From a virus, in IMG/VR virus record IMGVR_UViG_3300044878_000062: a stretch of DNA of 64,000 nucleotides; one strand, given 5' to 3'. The position numbers were made by a program, and so were the translations under genes. The notes below the pieces were generated by a model. It was not told where the DNA came from and did not search any database. It saw only the letters and a list, made by a program, of their open reading frames with translations. Shown here one piece after another: positions 1 to 9,811 of the stretch (the stretch's first letter is position 1; the number at the start of each line of letters is the position of its first letter).

Positions 1-480
1 CTGCAAACCACCGTTCGCCATAACCCGTAACTCAATCGGGTACTGCATGGTAAAGGTGTAACCAGCGACCGTGAACTCACTGTGACGAGGGATCACCAAC
101 TTACGCATACCACCGGTGCCGGTAGCGATAGCCTTGGCGTAAATCTCTTCACGGCTTACAAGGATAGTGATCTCCGTACGAGACGGTTTAGCGAAACGAT
201 CGAGGTAGTCTTTGTCAGACATGTGAAGATAGATCTCTTCATCCGTGATCGCCATGCTACCGTACAACTTACGGGTGTTGGCTTCGTTAGCAGCCATGGC
301 TGCGGCAGTGTTGACTGCACTCGATTCCAACAGAAACATGAAAGGGTTAGTCGGGTCTACAATCACACGTTCCCCGTTACGTACTTCTTCAAGTACAGAG
401 AGGGCCAACCGGTGAATTGCAGTCGGGTTGAAACGTACCGCGTCAATAGCGGACATCAGTTCAGCGGTTGAGAGTGTCAT
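1..480 (-). CDS. Virion structural (baseplate wedge-like) protein, N-terminal part; resembles phiKZ gp87; runs off the window edge
   Basis: Not in the ORF track. Manual translation from ATG at 480 (ATGA overlap with the upstream stop) is open to position 1: MTLSTAELMSAIDAVRFNP...VDPTNPFMFLLES...IYLHMSDKDYLDRFAKP; these motifs are recalled from phiKZ-like structural proteins. Confidence 0.8.
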   Translation of the reverse strand, partial: MTLSTAELMSAIDAVRFNPTAIHRLALSVLEEVRNGERVIVDPTNPFMFLLESSAVNTAAAMAANEANTRKLYGSMAITDEEIYLHMSDKDYLDRFAKPSRTEITILVSREEIYAKAIATGTGGMRKLVIPRHSEFTVAGYTFTMQYPIELRVMANGGLQ

Positions 481-1607
481 ACGACTGGTTTACTCGACAG
501 TAGTTGAGTGATAGGGGAGAGATCCAACCCCGCCATTGCAGGTTTCACAGAGCCACCCACAGCAGTGATAGCTTCTTTAGGCACCCACCATTGTAATTCA
601 AACGACTCAGGGTCGATGCGTGGATAGCCTTCGTAGTTGAAAGACTTCAACTCTTCCTGAGACAACATCCGAAGGTTCTTCTCGCGGTCAGAGTTGTCAC
701 CCTTCATGTCAGGGTTAAAGATCTGTACGACAGCGTTGAACTCTTGGAATGTAATCGGGTCGTTGTAGTCAGCCCCCATCGCTTTAAAGCGGATAGAGAT
801 CTGATCGTTGTCTTGGTTGTACACACCTTCGTTCGAGAAGTTGAACGAGTTACCGAGTGGACTGTTCACTGGGAAAGCGGCACCACAGGCAGCGATCTTT
901 TGAACGTAACGACGTGATGGATCTAACAGTACCCGATAGATTCGAGTCTGGTAATCGATGCGACGTTCCACCAGATTGTTCGGGTAAGGGACCATAGACC
1001 CCTCGTAGACTCCCGACATATAGTGTAACCAAGACGAGAACATCACAGAGATCGGGTCACCCTCGATGTTCTTAAATGCCGCGTTCAGTTCGTACACCTC
1101 GTAGAACCGCGAAGCACTGTCCACCATCGCCCACGACTCTTGGTAGTTGCCAGGTGTCGAGGTGAAGGTTTCTACAGAAAGGTCTGGCCATCCACTCAAC
1201 GATTGAAGACAGTTGGTCAAGATCGGAATGAAAGCATTCTTCTGATCGATGAGATCACACACCATCATTTTCCCGCCACGACGAGGATCACCATCCTTGA
1301 ATTTGGCAGGATCACCAAGGTATGGATCAAGCGTCATACGAATCGCACGCTGATAAGTGTTGGCGGCCTCACCATCACCATCGAGCAAAGGCGTCAGAAT
1401 CCGGCGACTTGCGATATTATCGTATGATAAGTTCAGGTTAGGGCGTGTAAAGAACGTCAAGCCCTGGTTGTCTTTGTTGATAGGCAGCGGATTACCACCT
1501 CCTCGGTGATTGATACCCCTTAGGTTATTGATCGCGGCCTGCGAGAGATCACCTAGCCCACCTGATTTTTGAATGACGCTCAACACGTCTTTAATAGTTT
1601 TAGCCAT
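477..1607 (-). CDS. Virion structural protein (phiKZ gp88-like, tube/baseplate-related)
   Basis: 376 aa; motifs GLTFFTRPNLNLS, LSGWPD, IDYQTRIY; RBS GAAGGTG; synteny. Confidence 0.75.
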   Translation of the reverse strand: MAKTIKDVLSVIQKSGGLGDLSQAAINNLRGINHRGGGNPLPINKDNQGLTFFTRPNLNLSYDNIASRRILTPLLDGDGEAANTYQRAIRMTLDPYLGDPAKFKDGDPRRGGKMMVCDLIDQKNAFIPILTNCLQSLSGWPDLSVETFTSTPGNYQESWAMVDSASRFYEVYELNAAFKNIEGDPISVMFSSWLHYMSGVYEGSMVPYPNNLVERRIDYQTRIYRVLLDPSRRYVQKIAACGAAFPVNSPLGNSFNFSNEGVYNQDNDQISIRFKAMGADYNDPITFQEFNAVVQIFNPDMKGDNSDREKNLRMLSQEELKSFNYEGYPRIDPESFELQWWVPKEAITAVGGSVKPAMAGLDLSPITQLLSSKPVV

Positions 1608-1633
1608 AAGTCACCTTCGAGGGATTATCAGTA

Positions 1634-2803
1634 ATGATGAATGACATTGTGACTGGCCTTAACATGGCCAGTAAATTGACGGACACGATGCGGGCCGCGA
1701 AGTCCGGTTCGTTGATCGAGTACACCCAGCCGACTCGTGTCGAACCCATCGTACTGATGGACGAGTCGATCGTGAGCTTGCCTTATGCTGGCGACATCAT
1801 GCAGTCGCTGACCTCGCTGTTCAGTGGTTACTACCTGCAAGCGGTAGCCCTGTCTGTGAACGTCGGTAGCGTGGACGTGATTCGTTTGCTGGACAAGCTG
1901 AACCCCAAACGCGGTGTGGCTGACAACGTGGTAAACGGCGTCTCCAACGGCGTAGCTACTATGGTGAGCATGGAGTCTGCTGAAGCGTATCGTTTCGCTC
2001 TGCCGGTTCCTGGTCGCAGTGACGGTCTCGGTCGTCTGAATGCCAGTCTGGAAAGTGCTAGCGTCTATGACCTGGCCAAGGCTGCTGTCGATGACAAAGA
2101 TGACAAAGACGCACAACCGGGCCCTACTGCCGGTATGGGTCGTGACACTGTTGCAATCCTCGGGGAGTTGACTAACCTTTCTGTTGGCAAGATGTTGGAA
2201 GTCCACATCGAATCCAACGGGCAGAAAGCAACCTTCCCGATCAACGTCCGCTTGATTTGCAGTGGCATTGGCTCTAAGGAGCTGATTCATATCTTAAGCG
2301 TCGGCAGCAAGAACATCTCCGTGAAAGAGCGCTTCCACGCATGGCGTGCAGGTCAACTGGAGTTCGTTCGTGATCTGTTGCTGTGCCAAGATCTGATCGA
2401 TGCTCACAAGAAAACGCTGGCGAAGGACCCTACCGGTCTTTATGACGAAATGCGTAAGCGCCGTAAAGGCAACAGCATCTCGGCGATCTTCTCCGGTCAA
2501 CCTTCTGTGGCTACTGCTTCGAACATCATCGTGATGTCTCAGAACAGCGTCAAAGAACTGGAGCGCGTTGTGGGTGGTCGCCTCAAGGACTTCCGTGTTC
2601 GTGAGAAGGTCTTCAAAGAAACCTACTGCATGATCCTCTGTGTCATCGATCCTGAGTGGGAACACGTTACGTTCTACCACCGCAGCATCGCCCTCCCGTC
2701 GGAGATGAGCATCAAGGAACTGGCCGTATCCAACAAGGGTAAAGGTCCAGACGTTGCTGAGATCCTCAAGGCCTACCAACTGGGCAACAGCCCGTCGATC
2801 TAA
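1634..2803 (+). CDS. Head/inner-body structural protein (phiKZ gp89-like)
   Basis: 389 aa, strong codon bias; RVEP motif, NLSVGKML; S-x-E sites (SME, SLE). Confidence 0.75.
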   Translation: MMNDIVTGLNMASKLTDTMRAAKSGSLIEYTQPTRVEPIVLMDESIVSLPYAGDIMQSLTSLFSGYYLQAVALSVNVGSVDVIRLLDKLNPKRGVADNVVNGVSNGVATMVSMESAEAYRFALPVPGRSDGLGRLNASLESASVYDLAKAAVDDKDDKDAQPGPTAGMGRDTVAILGELTNLSVGKMLEVHIESNGQKATFPINVRLICSGIGSKELIHILSVGSKNISVKERFHAWRAGQLEFVRDLLLCQDLIDAHKKTLAKDPTGLYDEMRKRRKGNSISAIFSGQPSVATASNIIVMSQNSVKELERVVGGRLKDFRVREKVFKETYCMILCVIDPEWEHVTFYHRSIALPSEMSIKELAVSNKGKGPDVAEILKAYQLGNSPSI

Positions 2804-2818
2804 CCCCAGGGGTGCGTT

Positions 2819-3715
2819 ATGAAGCTGCAAAAATTCATCGCTCTGATGTTGCCAACGTTCGAGAAAGGACGTTTGACTGAAGAGCTGCAAGTGGTACGTA
2901 ACGAGCTGAAGGAGATCACTCTCCCTCCGCTGCGTGAAGCGTCCGAGTTCTACCGCAACAGTAAGTTGAAGGGTAAGAACACCAACAACTACGACAAGAA
3001 CTTCCTCAAGATCGCCAAGATCGAAAAGGCTAACGGCAATTACGTTTCCGTCATGTACACCGTGCTTTCCCAATTGGATGAGCGCATGGACGTGTTGGGC
3101 AAACTGATTGACCGTGCGTTCGCCAAAGACGTTGGTAGTTCCTCCATCAGCTTCCTGCGTGCCAACATTCTCCAGTACCTGGAAGTGGTGAGCTTCTCCA
3201 GCCGCTACGCTCGTCGTCTGTTGCTGTGGACTCTGAGTGAAGAGCAAGAAGCGACCAACTCGCCGTACAAGCTGCCTAAGGCTATGTCGAAGGCTGAAGA
3301 CCGTTGGATCTGGGACAACCGCGATAACTTCGCTAACTGCCTCAGCATCCTGTCGATCGAAACCCGTCGCATGGAAAGCTCGTTCCAGGCTATCCCGGAC
3401 ATGGTGGTGGCTCCTGATGACATCCCTGCTGTTGAAGCGACTGTTGGTGCTACCAAGACCGACCCGTTCCACTTCGGCATCATCCCGGTGCGTCTGAACC
3501 CGATCTACTACATCCGCATGTCGATTGCTGAGTGGCAGGTCAACCGTTACAAAGCTGCTGTCGAAGAGAAGCGTGCTTTGGAATACCGTCTGTTGATGAT
3601 GAAGGACGGTGGTCAGCCTGATGCTAAGCTGGAGCAGGAGATCGTCTACACTGAAGGTCGTCTGCAAAAGCTGAACAAGAAGCTGGCAGAGATGGAGGAA
3701 GGGTTCAATGACTAG
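2819..3715 (+). CDS. Head structural protein (phiKZ gp90-like)
   Basis: 298 aa; NPIY motif followed by a C-terminal coiled coil; synteny. Confidence 0.7.
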   Translation: MKLQKFIALMLPTFEKGRLTEELQVVRNELKEITLPPLREASEFYRNSKLKGKNTNNYDKNFLKIAKIEKANGNYVSVMYTVLSQLDERMDVLGKLIDRAFAKDVGSSSISFLRANILQYLEVVSFSSRYARRLLLWTLSEEQEATNSPYKLPKAMSKAEDRWIWDNRDNFANCLSILSIETRRMESSFQAIPDMVVAPDDIPAVEATVGATKTDPFHFGIIPVRLNPIYYIRMSIAEWQVNRYKAAVEEKRALEYRLLMMKDGGQPDAKLEQEIVYTEGRLQKLNKKLAEMEEGFND

Positions 3716-4277
3716 CCGCGTTTCGGGTGACCTCTACCCACGCGGCTTCATGGCTCCTTCTGATCGCATGGACATTACCCGTGTAAGCGGGAGTGCTGAC
3801 ATCAACGCACTTTACAATGACCTGATCAACCGGACCATCGATCCGAGTGGCTGGACGTATCAACGGCGTGCCCTCCGTGTAGCGATGCTGGCCCTAGGTG
3901 GCTTTGCCCTTTTCTTGAACACTCAGAAAAACAATCCGTTTCTGTACGGATATAATTATGAGTTTCTGCTCGACACCCTGAAGTTCATTAAAACCGGACG
4001 GCGAAGAGTGTCAGTACAGAACTGGCTGGCCCTATTAACTGAGAATCCTAAACCGAGCAACGACTTTCGGGAACGGGCTACCAGTAAAGAGATCCGCGAC
4101 TTCTATAATGCTGTCGGTGTGGCTGGCAATAAGGTCATCGCAGACTGGGTTTCACAACCCGGTGGGCTAAATGACATGGTTGTCTCGCTGTACATTATGT
4201 TCGGCGAATCACGTAACCCACGTTCCAAGGGTGACGAGCCAATCGACATCAGAGCGCTGTACAACAAGTACGTCTGA
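3708..4277 (+). CDS. Virion structural protein (phiKZ gp91-like)
   Basis: 189 aa, overlaps previous gene, YPRGF start motif; synteny. Confidence 0.6.
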   Translation: MTSRVSGDLYPRGFMAPSDRMDITRVSGSADINALYNDLINRTIDPSGWTYQRRALRVAMLALGGFALFLNTQKNNPFLYGYNYEFLLDTLKFIKTGRRRVSVQNWLALLTENPKPSNDFRERATSKEIRDFYNAVGVAGNKVIADWVSQPGGLNDMVVSLYIMFGESRNPRSKGDEPIDIRALYNKYV

Positions 4278-4354
4278 TCACAACCCGCGTGAATGTGTGT
4301 ATGTTATGCACATGTGCAATTACGCATCAAACATTGTTTATGGAGTTACTCCGC

Positions 4355-5653
4355 ATGTCTACTTCTCTGCGCCAACTGTTCGTCTCCATGGAAGACGACA
4401 CCCTCAACGAAACCGACCTGGTTGTTAGCCCGGACGAAACCGTTGAAGCCGAAATCGCTGATACCGCTGAATCCTTCGCCGAAGCCGAGCAAGGTTCCGA
4501 TGACGTCCAGGAACTGGGCGACATCTCTGAAGGTCTGGAAAGCATCGTTCTGTCCATGGAAAGCGCCATGGAAGACGGCGGTCTGAACCCTCAAGCTGCT
4601 CTGTTCATGCAACACGCTGTCCAAGGCTACACCCGTCGCCTGGGCCTGCAAGCTTCCGCCATCACTCCTTCGCTGGAATCCTTCGGCGGCGCGAGCGGCC
4701 AAGCTGCTGCCACCACCATTTCGATGGAAGGCGTGAAAGAAACCCTGAAGAAAATCTGGCTGGCCATCAAGAACGCCGTTTCCAAGGCGATCCAGGCTGT
4801 CAAGAACTTCTTCGCCAAGATCTTCGGCGGCGTTGCCAAGCTGAAGTCCCGTGCTGACGCCCTGGAAAAGGCCGTTGGTGAACTGTCGGGCGACGGCAAA
4901 GGCAAAATGAAAGTGCCTAACGCCAACACCCTGCGTTGGAAAGGCAAGGCCGACATCGGCGCCATCGTTAATGGTCTGAAAGCGACCAAGAAAGAAGGCG
5001 ACGACATCTACGGTGGCGTTGTTGGCGCTGCTCAGATGTACTACAAGGTTGCAGTCGACAAGGTCCTGAACCGTGGCGAACTGAACGACGCTGCTGAAGC
5101 CGAAGTCAAAGCCGCTCTGGGCAAGGCTCAAGAAGACCTGCACGTCGTGTACGCCAAAGTTACCCAAGTTGGTAACGTGGTTTCCGGCGACGCAGTGTTC
5201 AAGACCACCGCCGTTGCTGACGGTGAGAAAGGCGCGAACTCCAGCCTGGGCGTTCCAAGCCTGGTGAAAGGCTACGGCTTCAAAGCTGTAGACGACTCCG
5301 CTACCGAGATCCAGACTCCGAAGAAGGCCGAGCTGCAAAGCGTCCTGTCCGAAGTCAAAGGTCTGATCGCTCAGATGGAAGGCAAGAAAGCTTCCCTGGA
5401 AGGTCTGGGTAAGGCACGTGAAGAAGCCCTCAAGGCTACCGAGCGTAAAGTCGACGGCTGGGCTGCCAAGATGAAAGAAGGCGGCAAGCAAGCTCTGGCT
5501 GGCCTGATCATGCGTAAAGTCAACATGGACGTAACCCGTCCTGTGAACCAGTTCTACTCCCACCAGTTCAACGTGGTGCGTGCAGCTCTGGCTCTGGTTG
5601 ACCGTGGCGTATCGGCTTCCAAGAAAGGCGGTGACGGCGACGACGCTAAGTAA
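4355..5653 (+). CDS. Internal head (ejection) protein of the phiKZ gp93-97 type with acidic propeptide
   Basis: Start moved to ATG 4355 (GGAG RBS). Acidic N-terminus with repeated SME/SLE/GLE, then ISMEGVKETLKKIW amphipathic helix; extreme high-expression codon bias. Confidence 0.8.
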   Translation: MSTSLRQLFVSMEDDTLNETDLVVSPDETVEAEIADTAESFAEAEQGSDDVQELGDISEGLESIVLSMESAMEDGGLNPQAALFMQHAVQGYTRRLGLQASAITPSLESFGGASGQAAATTISMEGVKETLKKIWLAIKNAVSKAIQAVKNFFAKIFGGVAKLKSRADALEKAVGELSGDGKGKMKVPNANTLRWKGKADIGAIVNGLKATKKEGDDIYGGVVGAAQMYYKVAVDKVLNRGELNDAAEAEVKAALGKAQEDLHVVYAKVTQVGNVVSGDAVFKTTAVADGEKGANSSLGVPSLVKGYGFKAVDDSATEIQTPKKAELQSVLSEVKGLIAQMEGKKASLEGLGKAREEALKATERKVDGWAAKMKEGGKQALAGLIMRKVNMDVTRPVNQFYSHQFNVVRAALALVDRGVSASKKGGDGDDAK

Positions 5654-5671
5654 TTAGCGCCGGTGCTTTAA

Positions 5672-5706
5672 ATAAAAGCCCACTCTTCGGGGTGGGCTTT
5701 TATGCC
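5672..5706 (+). terminator. Intrinsic terminator hairpin ending in TATGCC
   Basis: ataaaagcccac-tcttcggg-gtgggcttttat-gcc. Confidence 0.85.
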
Positions 5707-5721
5707 CCCTGTATTCGAAAC

Positions 5722-5754
5722 AAAAAAATCTCAGATGTATATTACTCTGGTGAA
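5722..5754 (+). promoter_or_regulatory. phiKZ-type early promoter (TATATTAC core at 5738-5745)
   Basis: aaaaaaatctcagatgTATATTACtctggtgaa; matches the other copies in the window. Confidence 0.8.
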
Positions 5755-5824
5755 TAGAGTAGAATAATCTTCTCTGTCTAGACCACTTCGGTCGTAGTAC
5801 TTTATCCTCAGAAGGAAATACATC

Positions 5825-6565
5825 ATGCAAATCAATCAACTGAAAGCTTCCTCGATCACCCCTTTCATCAAACTGCTGGAAACCAAAGGCCAACTGCACG
5901 GCGAACATTTCGTAGGCATGGGCATCCACGATGATCACCTGTTCCTGCTGAAACTGAACGCCCGTCCAGAACGTGTTGTGGTGACCAACGGTTCCTTCGC
6001 TTTCCTGAACAAGAAAGCTGACGGCCCGACCTTCAGTCCTGAGTACAATCAGACTGTTGAACAGGCTGCCAAGGAATACAAGTTCCACGGCAAAGACGCC
6101 GGTGGCTTCTCCGACGTCATGATGGTGCCAGAAACTGAAATGCACCGCGTGCTGATGATCACCGCTCTGAAGACTGCTGAAGCTGACATCCTGGCTGGCA
6201 AAGAGCCAAGTGAAATGGGTCTGGCTTCCGTGATGCTGGCTGATCTGGCTGCCAACCCTAACGCGGCTGAAATGATTCGTGAGATCGATCCTACGATCAC
6301 CCACGAAGAAGCCAACATGGGTATGGACCTGCTGGGCTCTGCGCTGAACGAACTGGCTCAAGGCACTGCTACCCCACAAGCTCCAGTCGACTTCTCGCAA
6401 GTCATGGAACCTGCTGGCGATACTCCAGCCGAACCTGCCGCTACCACTGAAGCTCCAAAGGCAGACAAAGTAGAACCTGCTCCAGTGCGTGAAGCTTCGA
6501 ACGATCCAGATCCAGCTCGTGCCTTCACCGGTCGCCTGTTCAACCGCTTTGGTTGGGGCCACTAA
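5825..6565 (+). CDS. Hypothetical early protein with acidic Pro/Ala-rich C-terminal linker
   Basis: 246 aa, AAGGA RBS, strong codon bias, own promoter and terminator. Confidence 0.8.
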   Translation: MQINQLKASSITPFIKLLETKGQLHGEHFVGMGIHDDHLFLLKLNARPERVVVTNGSFAFLNKKADGPTFSPEYNQTVEQAAKEYKFHGKDAGGFSDVMMVPETEMHRVLMITALKTAEADILAGKEPSEMGLASVMLADLAANPNAAEMIREIDPTITHEEANMGMDLLGSALNELAQGTATPQAPVDFSQVMEPAGDTPAEPAATTEAPKADKVEPAPVREASNDPDPARAFTGRLFNRFGWGH

Positions 6566-6576
6566 GTAGTAGGAAG

Positions 6577-6611
6577 AAAACATCCGCTTGTCTAGGGATG
6601 TTTTTTTTTTT
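6577..6611 (+). terminator. Intrinsic terminator
   Basis: aaaacatcc...ggatgtttt stem followed by a long T run. Confidence 0.8.
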
Positions 6612-6728
6612 GGTTTTTTCTTACGTAGTTACTTCATTTAATGACCCAAAGGCTATTGTTGCTCTAGGGCTTATTCTGTGTAGAAACTATTTGATGTTAT
6701 TAACGGACACGTAGTGGACATCCTTCCT

Positions 6729-6845
6729 ATGAACTATAAAGAACACCATGAGCATCATCGTAAGTTACACTCAGCCTACAAGAAAGCCGATAGCGGGAAA
6801 GCTGTAAAAGCATTCGTGGACAAGTATGCGAAGAAAGAACTGTAA
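6729..6845 (+). CDS. Small basic hypothetical protein (38 aa)
   Basis: Manual ORF MNYKEHHEHHRKLHSAYKKADSGKAVKAFVDKYAKKEL, followed directly by a hairpin. Confidence 0.5.
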   Translation: MNYKEHHEHHRKLHSAYKKADSGKAVKAFVDKYAKKEL

Positions 6846-6884
6846 GCATTAGGGCCAGGGTTAACTGCCTTGGTCTTTATGCCG
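6846..6884 (+). terminator. Hairpin ending in TTTATGCCG
   Basis: gcattagggccaggg...ccttggtctttatgccg. Confidence 0.7.
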
Positions 6885-6916
6885 TTTATTCTATGGTATT
6901 TAACTGGAGTCCTGAC

Positions 6917-8434
6917 ATGCCGAATATAGTCGTTGAACTACCAGAAACGTATAACTCGATTACACGCCCAGCCATCGTCCAGGTAGCTAAACAACTGATC
7001 GACATCATGAGGCTCCCTGCTGATACAGGCTTTGAGTTCTTCGGGACACCAGAAGCCCAGTTCCAGCCTCAATCCACTTTGACTGATAACGGGATTCAAA
7101 ACAAGTTCCCTTTCACCGGTCGAGTGAACCTAGAAGCTGACGAAGAGTACTTGGAAGACCGGACGTTAACTACGGCCGTGAAACGACCCAACGTGCAATT
7201 CATCTTCTATGATCAAAAGTTGGATGTCTACGTTAAGCCGATCTACGTGCTGTGTGAAATCAAGATCAGTTTCCGGTATCGAGCCCCTGACCGTACGCAA
7301 GCAGAACGCTGGCGAGACGAGTTCCGTGTACGTTCCTCCCAAGGGCGTGCTGAGATCCTGCACACGTTGGATTACCACTACCCGATCCCAGATGTAGTGG
7401 CGTTAGTGCTCCACGAGATCTACACCATGCGAGAAGCAGTCGCAGGTTATGGTGACACGTTGGAGGAGTGGGTCAAGAACCACATTACAGGCCGCGCTAC
7501 AGCGTTAACGACGCAAGCCGGTACGCAAGCCCTGATGGCTATCGCAGAGCGTCAGGTGGGCATTGTAGGAGGCTTTGACTTCGTTGCCCAACCAGAGAAA
7601 GGTTCCAAGGCTGGTGAGGGTGCTCCGTGGGAATGTGGTTTCGATTACACGTTCCAGTACGACAAAGTGGTAGGCATTGCTTATCATCACCCGGTGGCAA
7701 TCCACAACCAACTGGTAGACCCTAAGTTCCGTCCTGGTGCTCCAGTGTATGAACTGGTCAACCAAGCCCGTCGTCCTTCTAACGATCGCTTTGGTTACGA
7801 CTACTTCACCAACCTGTACCGACAGCCTGCTCAACCGCTAGCTGGGAATCGCATTCCTGTGTTTGACGATTGGTTGCCGACTATTGTCCATCCCCGAACG
7901 TCCAGCATGTTGGACATCTTGATTGGGGTGGGTGACGATCCTCGGGAGTTGGTGAACATTAACGAGTTGGGTGACTTTGAGTTCAGCCCTGCTACGTTGA
8001 AGTTCCTACGCAAGGAGTTCCCGTACATCAACCGCCTGTTCCATTCGATCTTCAACTTCTCCCTGTACCGTTGGGACAAGCCGTTGGAAGAAGGTTCAGT
8101 GGTGATGGATGCGGATGGTAACCTGCGTGCTACCTTTGACCTCGATCCTCGTAATCTGTATCACCTGCGCTTGACCATGGTGAATGACTTACGCTACCTG
8201 ACCAAGGATGCTATTGACCGCATTCGTAAGGAAGGGGAGTTCTGTATCGAGGTGATCGAAACTCTGTATCCGAAGAAGAAACCTTTACCGCCTTTAGTGG
8301 GTGGGATTGTTTTCCCTGGGGACTGGATTCAAGACCTGATCAACAAGTCGCGTATTGACCAAACCCGTCGGATGTTCACCGTAGGCGTTACAGCCATCAT
8401 TGCTAAGAGGAAGACCACTCGTGCCGATTCTTGA
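6917..8434 (+). CDS. Virion structural protein (phiKZ gp98-like position)
   Basis: About 505 aa from ATG 6917 (GGAG RBS); synteny. Confidence 0.65.
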   Translation: MPNIVVELPETYNSITRPAIVQVAKQLIDIMRLPADTGFEFFGTPEAQFQPQSTLTDNGIQNKFPFTGRVNLEADEEYLEDRTLTTAVKRPNVQFIFYDQKLDVYVKPIYVLCEIKISFRYRAPDRTQAERWRDEFRVRSSQGRAEILHTLDYHYPIPDVVALVLHEIYTMREAVAGYGDTLEEWVKNHITGRATALTTQAGTQALMAIAERQVGIVGGFDFVAQPEKGSKAGEGAPWECGFDYTFQYDKVVGIAYHHPVAIHNQLVDPKFRPGAPVYELVNQARRPSNDRFGYDYFTNLYRQPAQPLAGNRIPVFDDWLPTIVHPRTSSMLDILIGVGDDPRELVNINELGDFEFSPATLKFLRKEFPYINRLFHSIFNFSLYRWDKPLEEGSVVMDADGNLRATFDLDPRNLYHLRLTMVNDLRYLTKDAIDRIRKEGEFCIEVIETLYPKKKPLPPLVGGIVFPGDWIQDLINKSRIDQTRRMFTVGVTAIIAKRKTTRADS

Positions 8435-9809
8435 TTCGAAAGCTACAGTTCCACCCAAGGCTCAGAAGGTCGAACCGATCACGGTCTCTCCTGAAGTGCG
8501 CAATGCGGTGGTGGATAGCCGTTACGTTCCACCGAACAGTTTGCTCACCCACGTTGAGGGTGCTAGCTGGACGGTTGACTACTACAACCAAGTCATTGAC
8601 CTCGACCAAGAGACCAGTGACCTCCAACTGAATCAGAAAGCTGTCTACCAACAGTACAAGCTGATTCGCCACATGGAACTGAAAGTCACCGGTGAGTTGC
8701 AACAGTCGCAAGACGAAACCACCCGGAACATGATCATCACTGGCTCCGCTACGCTGTACGCTGGCTGTGTGCCTAACAATGGTGACGTGTTCTTAGCCGA
8801 CATCGGTGACGGACGTGTGGGTGTGTTAACTGTTACCCGGACAGAGAAGAAGTCTTTTCTCAAGGGTACGGTTTACGGTCTCGAGTACATGCTGCGGGAT
8901 TACCTGACGCCTCAGTACCGTGACGACCTTGCCAAGAAAGTAGTGAAGGATTCGACGTTCGTTCGTGACTTCATTCACTACGGTCAGAACCCAGTCCTGA
9001 GCGACACTGAGTTCACTCAAGTCTCTGGCTTGAACGCTGGCTACAAACACATCCTGCTCCAGTACCTACACGACTTCTTCAACATCGAGTACCAGACGCT
9101 GATCCTGCCTGACCAAGGTAACGTAACCTACGATCCGTTCATGGTCGTGTCGTTACTGTCGACGCTGGACAACTCACTCTCCAACACCATCATGAAGATC
9201 CGGGCTCTGAACACTGACTCCTCCAGTCGGTACAAGGAGAACAACTTCTGGACATGTCTGGTGGCGATGGATGCTGACTCTCTGAACCTGTGCTTCCAAA
9301 AGGCTGGTTTGGTTTCAGCACTGACCTTCACTGACAGCCCTATGTTTGATGGCATCGCTTACAGCGGTGTACAGGACGTAGTGTTCCCGTTAGAGAAGAC
9401 CAACCTCGAAGTTGTTGACGGACAGTACTGCGTTAACGATCCTTTGGTCCCAGGCCGCCTATTACGCTCACAGCCGCGTTTTAACGACATCCGGCGTGTG
9501 CTGGTCAACACAACGTTGAACGGCTTCCATATGGCCTCTGATGAGCCCGTAGGGATTGATGCGTTACCTGACATTCACCCAGTGAACAAAGACGACTACT
9601 ACGTCCTCTCGAAAGCTTTCTACGACCAGAGTTATGAAGGGTTGTCGAAGCTGGAACAATTGACCCTGAGTGCAATGACCGGTGAAGCCATCAACAAGAC
9701 GGCGTTGTTGAAGCTGGTTAAGACCTGCAAGAACTGGAACAACTTGGAGCGGTTCTACTACGTTCCTATTCTGTTGATCCTTATCAAAGTCGGACTACGA
9801 GACTACTGA
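8421..9809 (+). CDS. Virion structural protein (phiKZ gp99-like)
   Basis: GTG start after AAGAGG; LTHVEGASWTVDYY, PNNGDVFLADIGDG, LERFYYVPILL motifs. Confidence 0.7.
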   Translation: MPILDSKATVPPKAQKVEPITVSPEVRNAVVDSRYVPPNSLLTHVEGASWTVDYYNQVIDLDQETSDLQLNQKAVYQQYKLIRHMELKVTGELQQSQDETTRNMIITGSATLYAGCVPNNGDVFLADIGDGRVGVLTVTRTEKKSFLKGTVYGLEYMLRDYLTPQYRDDLAKKVVKDSTFVRDFIHYGQNPVLSDTEFTQVSGLNAGYKHILLQYLHDFFNIEYQTLILPDQGNVTYDPFMVVSLLSTLDNSLSNTIMKIRALNTDSSSRYKENNFWTCLVAMDADSLNLCFQKAGLVSALTFTDSPMFDGIAYSGVQDVVFPLEKTNLEVVDGQYCVNDPLVPGRLLRSQPRFNDIRRVLVNTTLNGFHMASDEPVGIDALPDIHPVNKDDYYVLSKAFYDQSYEGLSKLEQLTLSAMTGEAINKTALLKLVKTCKNWNNLERFYYVPILLILIKVGLRDY

Positions 9810-9811
9810 TC

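Noticed and set aside
82..471. 129-aa plus-strand ORF in the track
   Set aside because: Antisense shadow of the real minus-strand gene 1..480, which has recognisable motifs and start-stop coupling
2294..5563. Long minus-strand ORFs (457 aa, 405 aa)
   Set aside because: Mirror frames of highly codon-biased structural genes; no RBS or protein-like composition
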